NCBI GenBank assembly: GCA_963851405.1
Contig: CAWKPB010000009.1
Span: 48-64,047 of the forward strand
Length of the DNA stretch: 64,000 nucleotides
Direction: 5' to 3'
Origin: an uncultured Actinomycetota bacterium
GTDB taxonomy: Bacteria; Actinomycetota; Actinomycetes; DATJPE01
The position numbers and the translations under genes are program-made. Position 1 is the stretch's first letter; the number at the start of each line of letters is the position of its first letter. This document shows positions 9,543 through 18,685 of the stretch, in pieces. The notes below the pieces were generated by a model. That model ran no database searches. It saw only the letters and a program-made list of their open reading frames with translations, and was not told the origin of the DNA.

Positions 9543-10766
9543 TCAGGTGACCACGCGGCGGGGCCAGACGGCGTACGCCACCGCGACCACCACCAGTCCG
9601 ATCGCCCCAGCCAGGGATACGGCACGGGCCGGACCGATGACCTCGGCCAACCAGCCGACGATGCCGAACGAAAATGCCGTACAGGCTGCGAAGCCCGAGG
9701 CAGCGACGCCAATCACCCGCCCCCGTCGCTCGGGCGGAGTGAGGTAGCTGATGGTGGCGACCACGGTGATGACGTACGCCTGGAAGATCCCGGCCACGAA
9801 CCACATGGACGCGGCGATCAACGGAGGAGGAGCGATGGAGGTCGCGAAGAGCGGGAGACAGGACAACGCGGCCAACGGAAGCAGCAACTCGGTCTGGCGT
9901 GGCAGGGTGAGCCGACCCAGCAGGATGGCGCCCACGGTCGACCCTGCGGGGACGCTGGCCAGCAGCAGGCCCGTCAGCCAGGCCGGTTGCGCGGTCGAGT
10001 AGCCGACAGCGACCGCCTCCGGAGCGATCAGATATAGCGCCGAGATCCAGCCGAACAACAGCATGGCCCGGCGGGTCGGGTCCGCCATCAGATCGTGGAG
10101 ACCGGCCCTGAGATCGGAGACCATCCGACCGGGAGAAGTACCCGGCTCGTCGGCGCTACCGCGCGACTTCACCCTGAGCCGGATCAATAGATAGGAAATC
10201 ACGAACGTGAAGGCATCGAGTCCCAGGGCCAGCCTCGGGCCGACCCAGCCCACGACGATGCCACCCACCAGGAACCCGAACACCTGGGCGGACAGGTTGA
10301 CCGAGCGGCCGATCATCAGGGCCGAGGAGAACAGGTCGCGATCATGCAGCGCATCGCCGAACAACGCCGTACGGGCGGAGGCGAACGGCGCCGCCACGAA
10401 CTCCGAGACGAGCAAGATCAGCAAGAGCAAGATCAGCGAAGCACCGGGCACCGCGAGCAGCGCTAGGAGGGCAACGAGGAAGGCCCGGAAGACATCGCAC
10501 CAAAGAAGTACGGCGCGCCTCGGGAGCCGATCGGCCAGCGAGCCGAGGAAGGCCATGCCGAAGATGCCGGGGATATAGGCCACGGCCAACGTGAGAGCCG
10601 ACGCAAGGATCGAGCCGGTCTCACCGAAAACGAGGAGCGCGAGTGCCACCCGTGCGATCTGGTCGCCGATGTCGGAGAACGCCTGCGCGAGCAACAGCCC
10701 TCGGACCTCCGGCTGGTCGAACGCCCGCCGAAGCAGCGATCGATCCCGGCCGGTCTGTTCGCTCAC
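9543..10766 (-). CDS. MFS transporter
   Basis: 12-TM MFS-like translation. The probable GTG start at 10764-10766 overlaps the glnE stop (GTGA). The remainder of ORF 9543..11105 overlaps glnE out of frame. Confidence 0.7.
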   Translation of the reverse strand: MSEQTGRDRSLLRRAFDQPEVRGLLLAQAFSDIGDQIARVALALLVFGETGSILASALTLAVAYIPGIFGMAFLGSLADRLPRRAVLLWCDVFRAFLVALLALLAVPGASLILLLLILLVSEFVAAPFASARTALFGDALHDRDLFSSALMIGRSVNLSAQVFGFLVGGIVVGWVGPRLALGLDAFTFVISYLLIRLRVKSRGSADEPGTSPGRMVSDLRAGLHDLMADPTRRAMLLFGWISALYLIAPEAVAVGYSTAQPAWLTGLLLASVPAGSTVGAILLGRLTLPRQTELLLPLAALSCLPLFATSIAPPPLIAASMWFVAGIFQAYVITVVATISYLTPPERRGRVIGVAASGFAACTAFSFGIVGWLAEVIGPARAVSLAGAIGLVVVAVAYAVWPRRVVT

Positions 10767-13700
10767 GCGTAGAACACTCTTTCTACGACCCCCCGAGCCC
10801 GCCGGGCTGCCCTGCGGTAACCCTCCTCGAGATCGCCGGTGCGGCCCGAGTGCACGCCCACGATACGGGCAACTTCGGCGCGCTCTCGGACGTCCACCGG
10901 CAGCGTGTCCGACGCCTTGCCGCGTACCAACATGGTGGCGTTGCGCACCTTGGTCGCCAGTCGCCAAGCTGCACCGAGCACCTCGCCGTCGCTGGCGGTC
11001 AGCAGGCCGTGCCGAACACACGCGGCAAGGGCGTCCAGCGTGTTCGCGCTCCGTAAGTCGACCAGACGTCCCGCGTGCTGCAACTGCAGCAACTGCACCG
11101 TCCACTCCACATCGCTGAGCCCACCTCGACCCAGTTTGGTGTGCAGCGATGCATCCGCCCCACGCGGAAGCCGTTCGGCCTCAACCCTTGCTTTGATGCG
11201 CCGAACCTCGCGCGCGTCCCCCTCGCTCAAGCCCTCAGCCGGCCAACGCAGCGGGTCGACGAGGGCGAAGAAGTCGCGTGCTAGATCAAAGTCGCCGGCA
11301 ATCGGGACGGCGCGCAGGAGGGCCTGGAATTCCCAGACCAGCGACCAACGGTCGTAATAGGCCGCATAGGACGCGAGCGTGCGCACCAGCGGCCCCTGGC
11401 GGCCCTCGGGCCGAAGATCTGCATCCACGAGCAGCGGCGGGTCGGGGGCGGGAAGGGCCAGCAAGCGCCGCAGCTCCCCGACAACCGCATGCGCGCTGTC
11501 GTTGGCATCCCGATCATCCGATCCCGGCAGCGGGTCATGGACGAAGAGCACGTCAGCGTCCGATCCGTAGCCGAGCTCTCCCCCTCCCAAGCGCCCCATG
11601 CCGACCACCAGGAGGCGGGTTGGCAGGGCGCTGCCGCGCTGTTCCTCGACCGCTCGCGTCGCCGCGAGCAGGCCAGCGGACAGGGTCGCGGCGGTGATGT
11701 CGCTCAGCGCCTCACCTACCACGTCCACGTCGTGAATCCCGATCAAGTCCGCGGCTGATACTCGGAAGAGTTCGCGTCGACGCACGGCACGAACGGCGAC
11801 GATCGCATCACCCGGGTTCTCGTGACGACCCACGGCTGCGTTCATCTCTCGCACGAGTGCATCCAGGGGGCGTGACCTCAACTCGGTCTCCGACGACAAC
11901 AGCCGTACGGCGTCCGGTGCCCTCAGCAGTAGGTCGGTGGCATACCTGCTGGAGGCGAGGATTGACGCCAGGCGCTCGGCGACCGCGCTGTCGTCGCGAA
12001 GGAGCCGCAGATACCACGGGGTGGTTCCGAGCGCATCGCTGACCTGGCGGAACCCCAGCAGGCCGGCATCGGGGTCCGGGTGTTCAGCGAACCAGGCCAG
12101 CATCACCGGCAGCAGGGTCTTCTGGATGGCAGCGCGCCGGCTGACGCCCGAGGTCAGCGCTTCGAGGTGGCCGAGCGCCGCCTCCGGGTCGGCGTATCCC
12201 AGCGCTTCGAGGCGATCGAGGGCCGCCTCCGGAGACAGCCGTGCTTCGGTCGCATCCAACCGAGCGACGGCGTCGAGCAACGGTCGATAGAAGAGTTTCT
12301 CGTGCAGCCGCCTGACCTCGTGGCGCTGGGCCCGCCAGGCCGCCAACAACTCCTCCGCCGGGCGCTCGACGTATCCCATCGAGCGAGCCAGTCGCCGGAG
12401 CTCGTCCGGTTGCTCGGGGACCGTATGAGTCCGCCTGAGCCGGAACAGCTGCAGCCGGTGTTCCATCGTTCGAAGGAACCGGTAGGCACGATCGAGTTCC
12501 GCAGCGTCATCCCGCCCGACATACCCCCGAGTCGACAGCTGCTGCAACGCCACGAGGGTGGTGGGCGACCGAACCGCCGGATCGGATCTCCCGTGAACGA
12601 GCTGCAGCAACTGGACGGCGAACTCGACGTCGCGCAGGCCGCCTCGGCCCAGCTTCAGCTGCCGGTCGGCCTCGCTGGCAGGCACGTGTTCTTCGACCCG
12701 ACGCCGCATGGCCTGCACGTCGGTCACGAAGTCCGGCCGCTGGGCGGCCGACCAGACCAGCGGCTCGACCTCAGCAACGAAACGCCGGGCAAGGTCAAGG
12801 TCGCCGGCAACTGGGCGCGCCTTCAACAGAGCCTGGAACTCCCAGGTGCTCGCCCATCGGTCGTAGTAGGCGAGGTACGACGCCAGCGTTCGGACCAACG
12901 CACCTTGTCGACCTTCCGGACGAAGACCGGCATCCACCGGCCAAATCGCGCCCTCACCGGTTGCGAGCGAGCACGCACGCATCATCGCGGCCGCCAAACG
13001 CGCGGCCGTCGCCACGGCTTGGTCCTCGTTGCCCCCCTCGTACGGCTCGGCGACGAACAACACATCGACGTCGCTGACATAGTTCAGTTCGCGACCGCCA
13101 CATTTGCCCATCGCCAACACGGCGAGCCGACAGGCCGGAGCATCGGGCGGGAGCTCGCCACGAGCAATGGCCAGGGCAGCCTCAAGTGTGGCCCCGGCCA
13201 AGTCGGCTAGATCCTCGGCCGTCTCATCCACGGTGGTCAAGCCGGTCAGATCCCGAACCGCAATGGACAGCAGGCGACTGCGATACGCGAGGCGGAGAGC
13301 ATCTCGCCCCCGGTCATCGGCCAACCTGGCCACGGGTTGGTCCGCACCGGGGGCGGCGCCGACTGCGGACAGAAGCGACTGCCTGGCCTCCTCGGGCTGA
13401 GGTGGCGAATCCGCGGGAATACCCACAGCGAGCCAATGCTCGGGGTGACGTTCAAGGTCATCAACAAACGCCGCGCTGGCGCCCAGAACGGCGACCAGTC
13501 GTGGCAACACTGGACTCTGCGCGTCGGCCAAGGCAGCCATCAGCGGAAGGGTGCTCGTCCGGTCGTGGGCGTCGAGGACTCGTACTAGGCCGGCAAGCGC
13601 CGCGTCAGGGTCGGCTGCAGCAGCCAAGGCAGTCAACAGGCGGCCGTCTTCATCAACCAGCGCCGCTAGGGAGGGATGCGCCAGGTTGGCGGCGGCGACG

Positions 13701-13789
13701 TGGGCATCAGCGAAGCCCAGCCGCACTAAACGCCCCGCGGGAGTGGACGTGCGCCCAGCGCCAGGGGTCGAACGGTCGGCGAAGGTCAC
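10763..13789 (-). CDS. glnE: Bifunctional glutamine synthetase adenylyltransferase / adenylyl-removing enzyme GlnE
   Basis: 1008-aa ORF with two tandem nucleotidyltransferase domains (GKxGGxELxYxSDxDxxFV appears twice) and GlnE-specific linkers. Confidence 0.95.
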   Translation of the reverse strand: MTFADRSTPGAGRTSTPAGRLVRLGFADAHVAAANLAHPSLAALVDEDGRLLTALAAAADPDAALAGLVRVLDAHDRTSTLPLMAALADAQSPVLPRLVAVLGASAAFVDDLERHPEHWLAVGIPADSPPQPEEARQSLLSAVGAAPGADQPVARLADDRGRDALRLAYRSRLLSIAVRDLTGLTTVDETAEDLADLAGATLEAALAIARGELPPDAPACRLAVLAMGKCGGRELNYVSDVDVLFVAEPYEGGNEDQAVATAARLAAAMMRACSLATGEGAIWPVDAGLRPEGRQGALVRTLASYLAYYDRWASTWEFQALLKARPVAGDLDLARRFVAEVEPLVWSAAQRPDFVTDVQAMRRRVEEHVPASEADRQLKLGRGGLRDVEFAVQLLQLVHGRSDPAVRSPTTLVALQQLSTRGYVGRDDAAELDRAYRFLRTMEHRLQLFRLRRTHTVPEQPDELRRLARSMGYVERPAEELLAAWRAQRHEVRRLHEKLFYRPLLDAVARLDATEARLSPEAALDRLEALGYADPEAALGHLEALTSGVSRRAAIQKTLLPVMLAWFAEHPDPDAGLLGFRQVSDALGTTPWYLRLLRDDSAVAERLASILASSRYATDLLLRAPDAVRLLSSETELRSRPLDALVREMNAAVGRHENPGDAIVAVRAVRRRELFRVSAADLIGIHDVDVVGEALSDITAATLSAGLLAATRAVEEQRGSALPTRLLVVGMGRLGGGELGYGSDADVLFVHDPLPGSDDRDANDSAHAVVGELRRLLALPAPDPPLLVDADLRPEGRQGPLVRTLASYAAYYDRWSLVWEFQALLRAVPIAGDFDLARDFFALVDPLRWPAEGLSEGDAREVRRIKARVEAERLPRGADASLHTKLGRGGLSDVEWTVQLLQLQHAGRLVDLRSANTLDALAACVRHGLLTASDGEVLGAAWRLATKVRNATMLVRGKASDTLPVDVRERAEVARIVGVHSGRTGDLEEGYRRAARRARGVVERVFYA

Positions 13790-13801
13790 GGCCAGACCCT
13801 G

Positions 13802-15139
13802 TCAGAGAACGGGGAGGTAGCGGTCCCGTTCGAAGGGCGTGACCTGCTGGCGGTATTCCTCCCACTCCTGACGCTTGTTGCGTAGGAAGAAGTCAAAGAC
13901 GTGCTCGCCCAGGGTTTCTGCAACGAATTCGCTGCGTTCCATCACGGCGACCGCCTCGCGAAGGTTCTGCGGCAGCGGATCGATGCCCAGGGCACGGCGC
14001 TCGCCTTCGCTCAACGTCCAGACATCGTCTTCAGCGCCCGCCGGGAGGTCGTAGCCCTGCTCGATGCCCTTGAGCCCGGCGGCGAGAAGCAGCGCGAACG
14101 CGAGATAGGGATTGCATGCTGTGTCCAGGGAGCGAACTTCGATCCTGGTGGATTGGCCCTTGCCTGGCTTGTACATCGGGACTCTGACCATGGCCGAGCG
14201 GTTGTTGTGTCCCCAGCACACGTACGCCGGGGCCTCCCCGCCGCCGTACAGGCGTTTGTATGAGTTGACCCACTGATTGGTGACCGCCGTGATTTCCGGC
14301 CCGTGTCGAAGCAGGCCGGCGATGAAGGCCCGCCCGACCTTGGACAACTGGAACTCAGCGCCTGCCTCGAAGAAGGCATTGCGATCGCCTTCGAACAAGG
14401 ACAAATGTGTGTGCATCCCTGACCCTGGATGTTGGGTGAACGGCTTCGGCATGAAAGACGCGTAGATGCCTTGCTCGAGGGCCACCTGCTTCATCACCAG
14501 ACGAAAGGTCATGACGTTGTCGGCCGTCGACAAGGCATCCGCGTAGCGCAGATCGATTTCCTGTTGTCCGGGGGCGCCCTCGTGGTGGCTGAATTCCACC
14601 GAGATGCCCATGGACTCCAGCATGGTGATCGCCTGTCGGCGGAAGTCCTGGCCCATCCCGTGAGGAGTGTGGTCGAAGTACCCGGACGAATCCACCGGCT
14701 CGGGAGCCTGCCCTTTGGCTGGTTTGTCCTTGAAGAGGAAGAACTCGATCTCGGGGTGGGTGTAGAAGGTGAAACCTAGGTCGGCGGCTCGACCGAGAGC
14801 TCGCTTCAGGACGTAGCGCGGGTCGGCATAGGACGGCGTGCCGTCCGGCATCAGGATGTCGCAGAACATCCGCGCCGATCCGGGCGACTCCGATCGCCAC
14901 GGCAGCACCTGAAAGGTGGCCGGATCGGGCTTGGCCAACATGTCCGACTCATAGACCCTGGCGAAGCCCTCGATGGCGGAGCCGTCGAAGCCGATCCCTT
15001 CGGCGAAGGCGCCCTCGAGCTCGGCGGGCGCGACCGCCACCGACTTGAGAAAACCAAGGACGTCGGTGAACCACAGCCGGACGAACCTGATGTCTCGTTC
15101 TTCAAGGGTCCGGAGCACAAACTCCTGTTGCTTGTCCAC
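13802..15139 (-). CDS. glnA2: Glutamine synthetase GlnA2 (GSI-alpha-like)
   Basis: 445-aa translation with GS beta-grasp and catalytic motifs. It lies convergent with glnA1 and adjacent to glnE, as in Mycobacterium and Streptomyces. Confidence 0.9.
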   Translation of the reverse strand: MDKQQEFVLRTLEERDIRFVRLWFTDVLGFLKSVAVAPAELEGAFAEGIGFDGSAIEGFARVYESDMLAKPDPATFQVLPWRSESPGSARMFCDILMPDGTPSYADPRYVLKRALGRAADLGFTFYTHPEIEFFLFKDKPAKGQAPEPVDSSGYFDHTPHGMGQDFRRQAITMLESMGISVEFSHHEGAPGQQEIDLRYADALSTADNVMTFRLVMKQVALEQGIYASFMPKPFTQHPGSGMHTHLSLFEGDRNAFFEAGAEFQLSKVGRAFIAGLLRHGPEITAVTNQWVNSYKRLYGGGEAPAYVCWGHNNRSAMVRVPMYKPGKGQSTRIEVRSLDTACNPYLAFALLLAAGLKGIEQGYDLPAGAEDDVWTLSEGERRALGIDPLPQNLREAVAVMERSEFVAETLGEHVFDFFLRNKRQEWEEYRQQVTPFERDRYLPVL

Positions 15140-15161
15140 GACCCCAGTGTGTCGGTCGCCT

Positions 15162-15177
15162 GTTACAGCCGGGTTAC
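15162..15177 (-). promoter_or_regulatory. Possible GlnR half-site pair upstream of glnA2
   Basis: GTAAC-n6-GTAAC on the glnA2 coding strand, 23-38 nt upstream of its start codon. This is unusually close and therefore low confidence. Confidence 0.3.
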
Positions 15178-15288
15178 CAGCGCACTCCCGCGTGTCGGGC
15201 GGCCCTGCGATCCAGAACAGTCCTCGTCGCCGCAGTACGCCCTGCGCAGCGCGGCCAGAGTGCAGAACCGAGGAGTCCCCTCACTACA

Positions 15289-17052
15289 GTGACCTGCGTG
15301 GCTCGGCTCCGGCTCGCACTCGGTCAACTGAACTCCACCGTGGGTGATCTAGCGGGAAACCTCGAACGAGCGATGGTCGCGGCGCGCACCGCCGCAGCGG
15401 AGGATGCCGACGTCCTGCTGCTTCCGGAAATGCACATCACCGGATATCCGATCGAGGATCTCGCGCTGCGCCCCACATTCGTGGACGCGTCGCGCGCCGC
15501 GGTGCTCTCGCTCGCCACCGCATTGCAGCAAGCCGGCCTCGGCTCGCTCACGGTCGTGGTGGGCTACCTCGACCGACTCGAGGGCCTTGCTTCTGAGGCG
15601 CCGCACGGAACCAATCCGGTCACGGTCCCCAGGCGCCCGCGGGGCTTGCCGCAGAACGCCTTGGCCGTTCTTCATGAAGGGCGCGTCGTCGCCCGCTACG
15701 TCAAGCACCACCTTCCGAATTACGGGGTCTTCGATGAGTTCCGCTATTTCATCCCCGGTACTCGGTCATGCGTGGTGCGCGTCCGCGGCATCGATGTCGG
15801 ACTAGCGATCTGCGAAGACCTGTGGCAAGACGGCGGACCTGTGGCCGAGTACGAGGCCCGGCAGCCGGCCCTGCTCCTGGTGGCCAACGGGTCTCCGTAT
15901 GAGCGCAACAAGGACGACGTGCGACTGGCGCTGGTTCAGCGCCGCGCTGCGGAGGCCAACTGCACCTTGGCCTACGTGAACATGGTCGGCGGACAGGACG
16001 AGCTGGTCTTCGACGGCGACTCCCTAGTCGTCAGCGAGCGCGGAACGCTGCTGGCCCGCAACCGACAGTTCGTCGAAGAGGTCACCCTGGTCGACCTCGA
16101 TCTCCCTCTGGCCGGGGCCGCTAGTGCCCCGGAGGCGACCATCAGCAAGTCCCCCTCCCCCCCGGCGACACCACTCGTCGCCACCGTGGCCAGCCGCCTG
16201 GGTGATGAAGCCGAGGTCTATGGGGCACTCGTGCTCGCAGTGAGCGACTACGCCCACAAGAACGGCTTCCGGAGCGTGGTCTTCGGATTCAGCGGAGGGA
16301 TCGACTCCGCACTCACGGCCGCCATCGCAGCTGACGCCTTGGGCGGACAGAACGTGCACGGTGTCTCCATGCCAAGCCGCTACTCCTCGGACCATTCCAA
16401 GGACGACGCTGAAGAACTCGCCCGAAGACTGGGCTGTTCTTACCGGGTCATCCCCATCGACGCCATGGTCCAGGCCTTCACAGCCGAGCTTGGGCTCACC
16501 GGGCTGGCCGAGGAGAACCTGCAAGCCCGCGTGCGTGGCACCACGATCATGGGGATCTCCAACGCGGAGGGCCACCTCGTTCTGGCCACAGGAAACAAGA
16601 GCGAGCTGTCCGTGGGCTATACGACCATCTACGGGGATGCGGTAGGCGGATTCGCGCCGCTCAAAGACGTCTCCAAGACCATGGTCTGGGCCCTGGCGCG
16701 TTGGCGCAACGCAGACGCGGAGTCTCGAGGCGAAGTGCCACCGATTCCCGAGGCCTCCATTGCCAAACCACCCTCGGCAGAACTTCGTCCCGATCAACTC
16801 GACACCGATTCACTGCCGAACTACGAGCTGCTCGACGATCTGCTCGACGATTACGTCGAGGCCGACCGCGGCGCCGCGGCGCTGGTGGATCAGGGATTCG
16901 ACACCGAGCTCGTCGAGCACGTGCTGCGACTCACCGACGCGGCCGAATGGAAGCGCCGGCAGTACCCACCGGGACCGAAGATCTCGCTGCGGGCCTTCGG
17001 ACGTGACCGCCGGTTGCCCATCACCAATCGGTGGCGAGAAACGCTTACCTGA
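15289..17052 (+). CDS. nadE: Glutamine-dependent NAD+ synthetase NadE (nitrilase domain + synthetase domain)
   Basis: The N-terminal CN-hydrolase domain (E...K...C triad; ICEDLW) is followed by the ATP-PPase motif SGGIDS. Confidence 0.9.
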   Translation: MTCVARLRLALGQLNSTVGDLAGNLERAMVAARTAAAEDADVLLLPEMHITGYPIEDLALRPTFVDASRAAVLSLATALQQAGLGSLTVVVGYLDRLEGLASEAPHGTNPVTVPRRPRGLPQNALAVLHEGRVVARYVKHHLPNYGVFDEFRYFIPGTRSCVVRVRGIDVGLAICEDLWQDGGPVAEYEARQPALLLVANGSPYERNKDDVRLALVQRRAAEANCTLAYVNMVGGQDELVFDGDSLVVSERGTLLARNRQFVEEVTLVDLDLPLAGAASAPEATISKSPSPPATPLVATVASRLGDEAEVYGALVLAVSDYAHKNGFRSVVFGFSGGIDSALTAAIAADALGGQNVHGVSMPSRYSSDHSKDDAEELARRLGCSYRVIPIDAMVQAFTAELGLTGLAEENLQARVRGTTIMGISNAEGHLVLATGNKSELSVGYTTIYGDAVGGFAPLKDVSKTMVWALARWRNADAESRGEVPPIPEASIAKPPSAELRPDQLDTDSLPNYELLDDLLDDYVEADRGAAALVDQGFDTELVEHVLRLTDAAEWKRRQYPPGPKISLRAFGRDRRLPITNRWRETLT

Positions 17053-17100
17053 AGGGGTCACTGACCTCCTGGCCGAGCCGACATCGGGGGTCATAATTCG

Positions 17101-17127
17101 TTAGCACTCTCCAGACCAGAGTGCTAA
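17101..17127 (+). promoter_or_regulatory. CIRCE element (HrcA operator)
   Basis: Exact match to the consensus TTAGCACTC-N9-GAGTGCTAA, about 67 nt upstream of the hsp20 ATG. Confidence 0.75.
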
Positions 17128-17193
17128 TATCGAGCCCGCACGGAGCCGCCTTCCACGGTGGTGGGCGGCGCAAGAGAGCCCATTGGAGGAGCC

Positions 17194-17659
17194 ATGGCCG
17201 TGTTGCGCTTTGACCCATTTCGCGATCTAGACCGGCTGACCGAGCAGATGCTCGGGGTCGCCCGGTTCGTCTCGGGTCCCGCGATTCATGCCGATGGATT
17301 TGTACCGATCCGGCGACCACTACGTACTACACGCCGATCTCCCCGGAGTTGACCCGGGATCGGTTGACGTGAGCGTGGACAACGGCACCCTGACCCTGCG
17401 CGCCGAGCGCAGCGGCCGCACCGAGGAGTCGGTCGAGTGGCTCGCGAGCGAGCGACCCATCGGGTCGTACATGCGGCAGCTGTCCCTAGGAGATGGCATC
17501 GACAGCGACCGAATCGCAGCCACGTATGAGAACGGTGTCCTGACTGTTGCCATCCCGCTGGCGGAGAAGGCCAAGCCTCGTCAGATCAAGGTCGAGTCGA
17601 AAACCGATCGCACCCTGATCAGCGGCACGGCTGAGCACGAGCAGATCGCCGCGAGTTGA
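17194..17659 (+). pseudogene. hsp20: Hsp20/alpha-crystallin small heat-shock protein, reading frame interrupted by a +1 frameshift near 17287
   Basis: Frame A (ATG 17194) encodes MAVLRFDPFRDLDRLTEQMLGVARFVSGPAI..., the conserved actinobacterial Hsp18 N-terminus, and then runs into nonsense. Frame B (ATG 17288) encodes MPMDLYRSGDHYVLHADLPGV..., the alpha-crystallin domain. Removing one nucleotide around 17284-17287 fuses them into a canonical Hsp20. Confidence 0.6.
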
Positions 17660-17665
17660 ACATCC

Positions 17666-17692
17666 GCGGGGGCTCGCTCAGCGAGCCCCCGC
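17666..17692. terminator. Bidirectional intrinsic-terminator-like hairpin between hsp20 and the zf-UBP gene
   Basis: GCGGGGGCTCGC-tca-GCGAGCCCCCGC is a perfect 12-bp GC-rich stem with a 3-nt loop. Confidence 0.55.
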
Positions 17693-17717
17693 GCCACCTC
17701 CCTGACGCCCGTCCGAT

Positions 17718-18014
17718 TCAAGGATGGAAGGGCGACGGTGGGGCGTCGGCGATCCGAAAGAATCGTTCGTCGGCGAAGCACCACCACCATTCCTCTCCCG
17801 GTTCGTAGGAGCGAATCAGCGGATGGGTTGGATGCGTTCGCCAATGGGCGTCGGCATGGCGATTTGGCGAGTCGTCACAGCAACCAACCGCACCGCAGTG
17901 CGCACATATCCGCAGGTGCACCCATGAGTCGCCCGTCTTCAGGCACTCGAGGCATCCATCGCCGGACGGGGCCGCGTCAGCGGCGTCAGGGACGTGCGCG
18001 CACGGCTCGTTCAT
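17718..18014 (-). CDS. UBP-type zinc-finger (zf-UBP) domain protein
   Basis: Translation CLECLKTGDSWVHLRICAHCGAVGCCDDSPNRHADAHW... shows the Cys/His ligand pattern of zf-UBP domains. Its ATG overlaps the TetR stop (ATGA). Confidence 0.6.
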   Translation of the reverse strand: MNEPCAHVPDAADAAPSGDGCLECLKTGDSWVHLRICAHCGAVGCCDDSPNRHADAHWRTHPTHPLIRSYEPGEEWWWCFADERFFRIADAPPSPFHP

Positions 18015-18685
18015 TGCTGCCCCCTGGTCTGTTCGCCGGAGGATCGCGTGGGGTCCTGCTGCGCATCGGAACGCGCCTGGATCCCTGGCCACACGATCTG
18101 CGTCAACCGTTCCACCGTGTCAGCGGTCGGACCTTCTTCCCCGACCGGTGCCATCGTCATCATCACCAGCGGCGAGGTCAAGGCCAGCGCTGCGAGTTCG
18201 ACGTCCACGTCCGCGCGCACATCACCACGGGCGATTCCCTCGTGCAGAACAACGCGCATCCGCTCTCGTCGGGGTTCAATGACTCGGGCGACGAAATCGC
18301 CGTACAACTCTGGGTGGCTGCTGCGATAGGCGAGCATCCGAGGCATGATCCGTCCCGAGATCGACTCGGGATCCTTGCGACAGATGTGCTCCATGATCTG
18401 CTTGGCACGGTCGCGGCTGGGCCCAGGTGGCGGGGTGTTCAGCACGCCCTCGTTGAGGGTCGCTAGCGCATCTGCCACAAGTTCCCGTTTGCCCGACCAG
18501 CGTCGATACACCGTGGCCTTGCCGACGCCCGCCGTCGCGGCCACCGCCTCCACCGTCAGCGCGTGATAGCCGTCCTCGGCCAGCGCCTCCAGCGTGGCCT
18601 CAACGATGGCCCGATCAGCATCGATGCTGCGTGGACGCCCCGGCACTCGCGAGAACCCTGCGTCTTCCTCGGCGAGCGTCATCAC
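18011..18685 (-). CDS. TetR-family transcriptional regulator
   Basis: N-terminal HTH (LTVEAVAATAGVGKATVYRRW). Its start overlaps the stop of the upstream MFS gene by 4 nt. Confidence 0.85.
   Translation of the reverse strand: MMTLAEEDAGFSRVPGRPRSIDADRAIVEATLEALAEDGYHALTVEAVAATAGVGKATVYRRWSGKRELVADALATLNEGVLNTPPPGPSRDRAKQIMEHICRKDPESISGRIMPRMLAYRSSHPELYGDFVARVIEPRRERMRVVLHEGIARGDVRADVDVELAALALTSPLVMMTMAPVGEEGPTADTVERLTQIVWPGIQARSDAQQDPTRSSGEQTRGQQ

Noticed and set aside
11278-13842. Multiple 80-376-aa ORFs overlapping glnE and glnA2 on both strands
   Set aside because: They are shadow ORFs in a 70% GC region. The glnE and glnA2 reading frames have full-length family collinearity.
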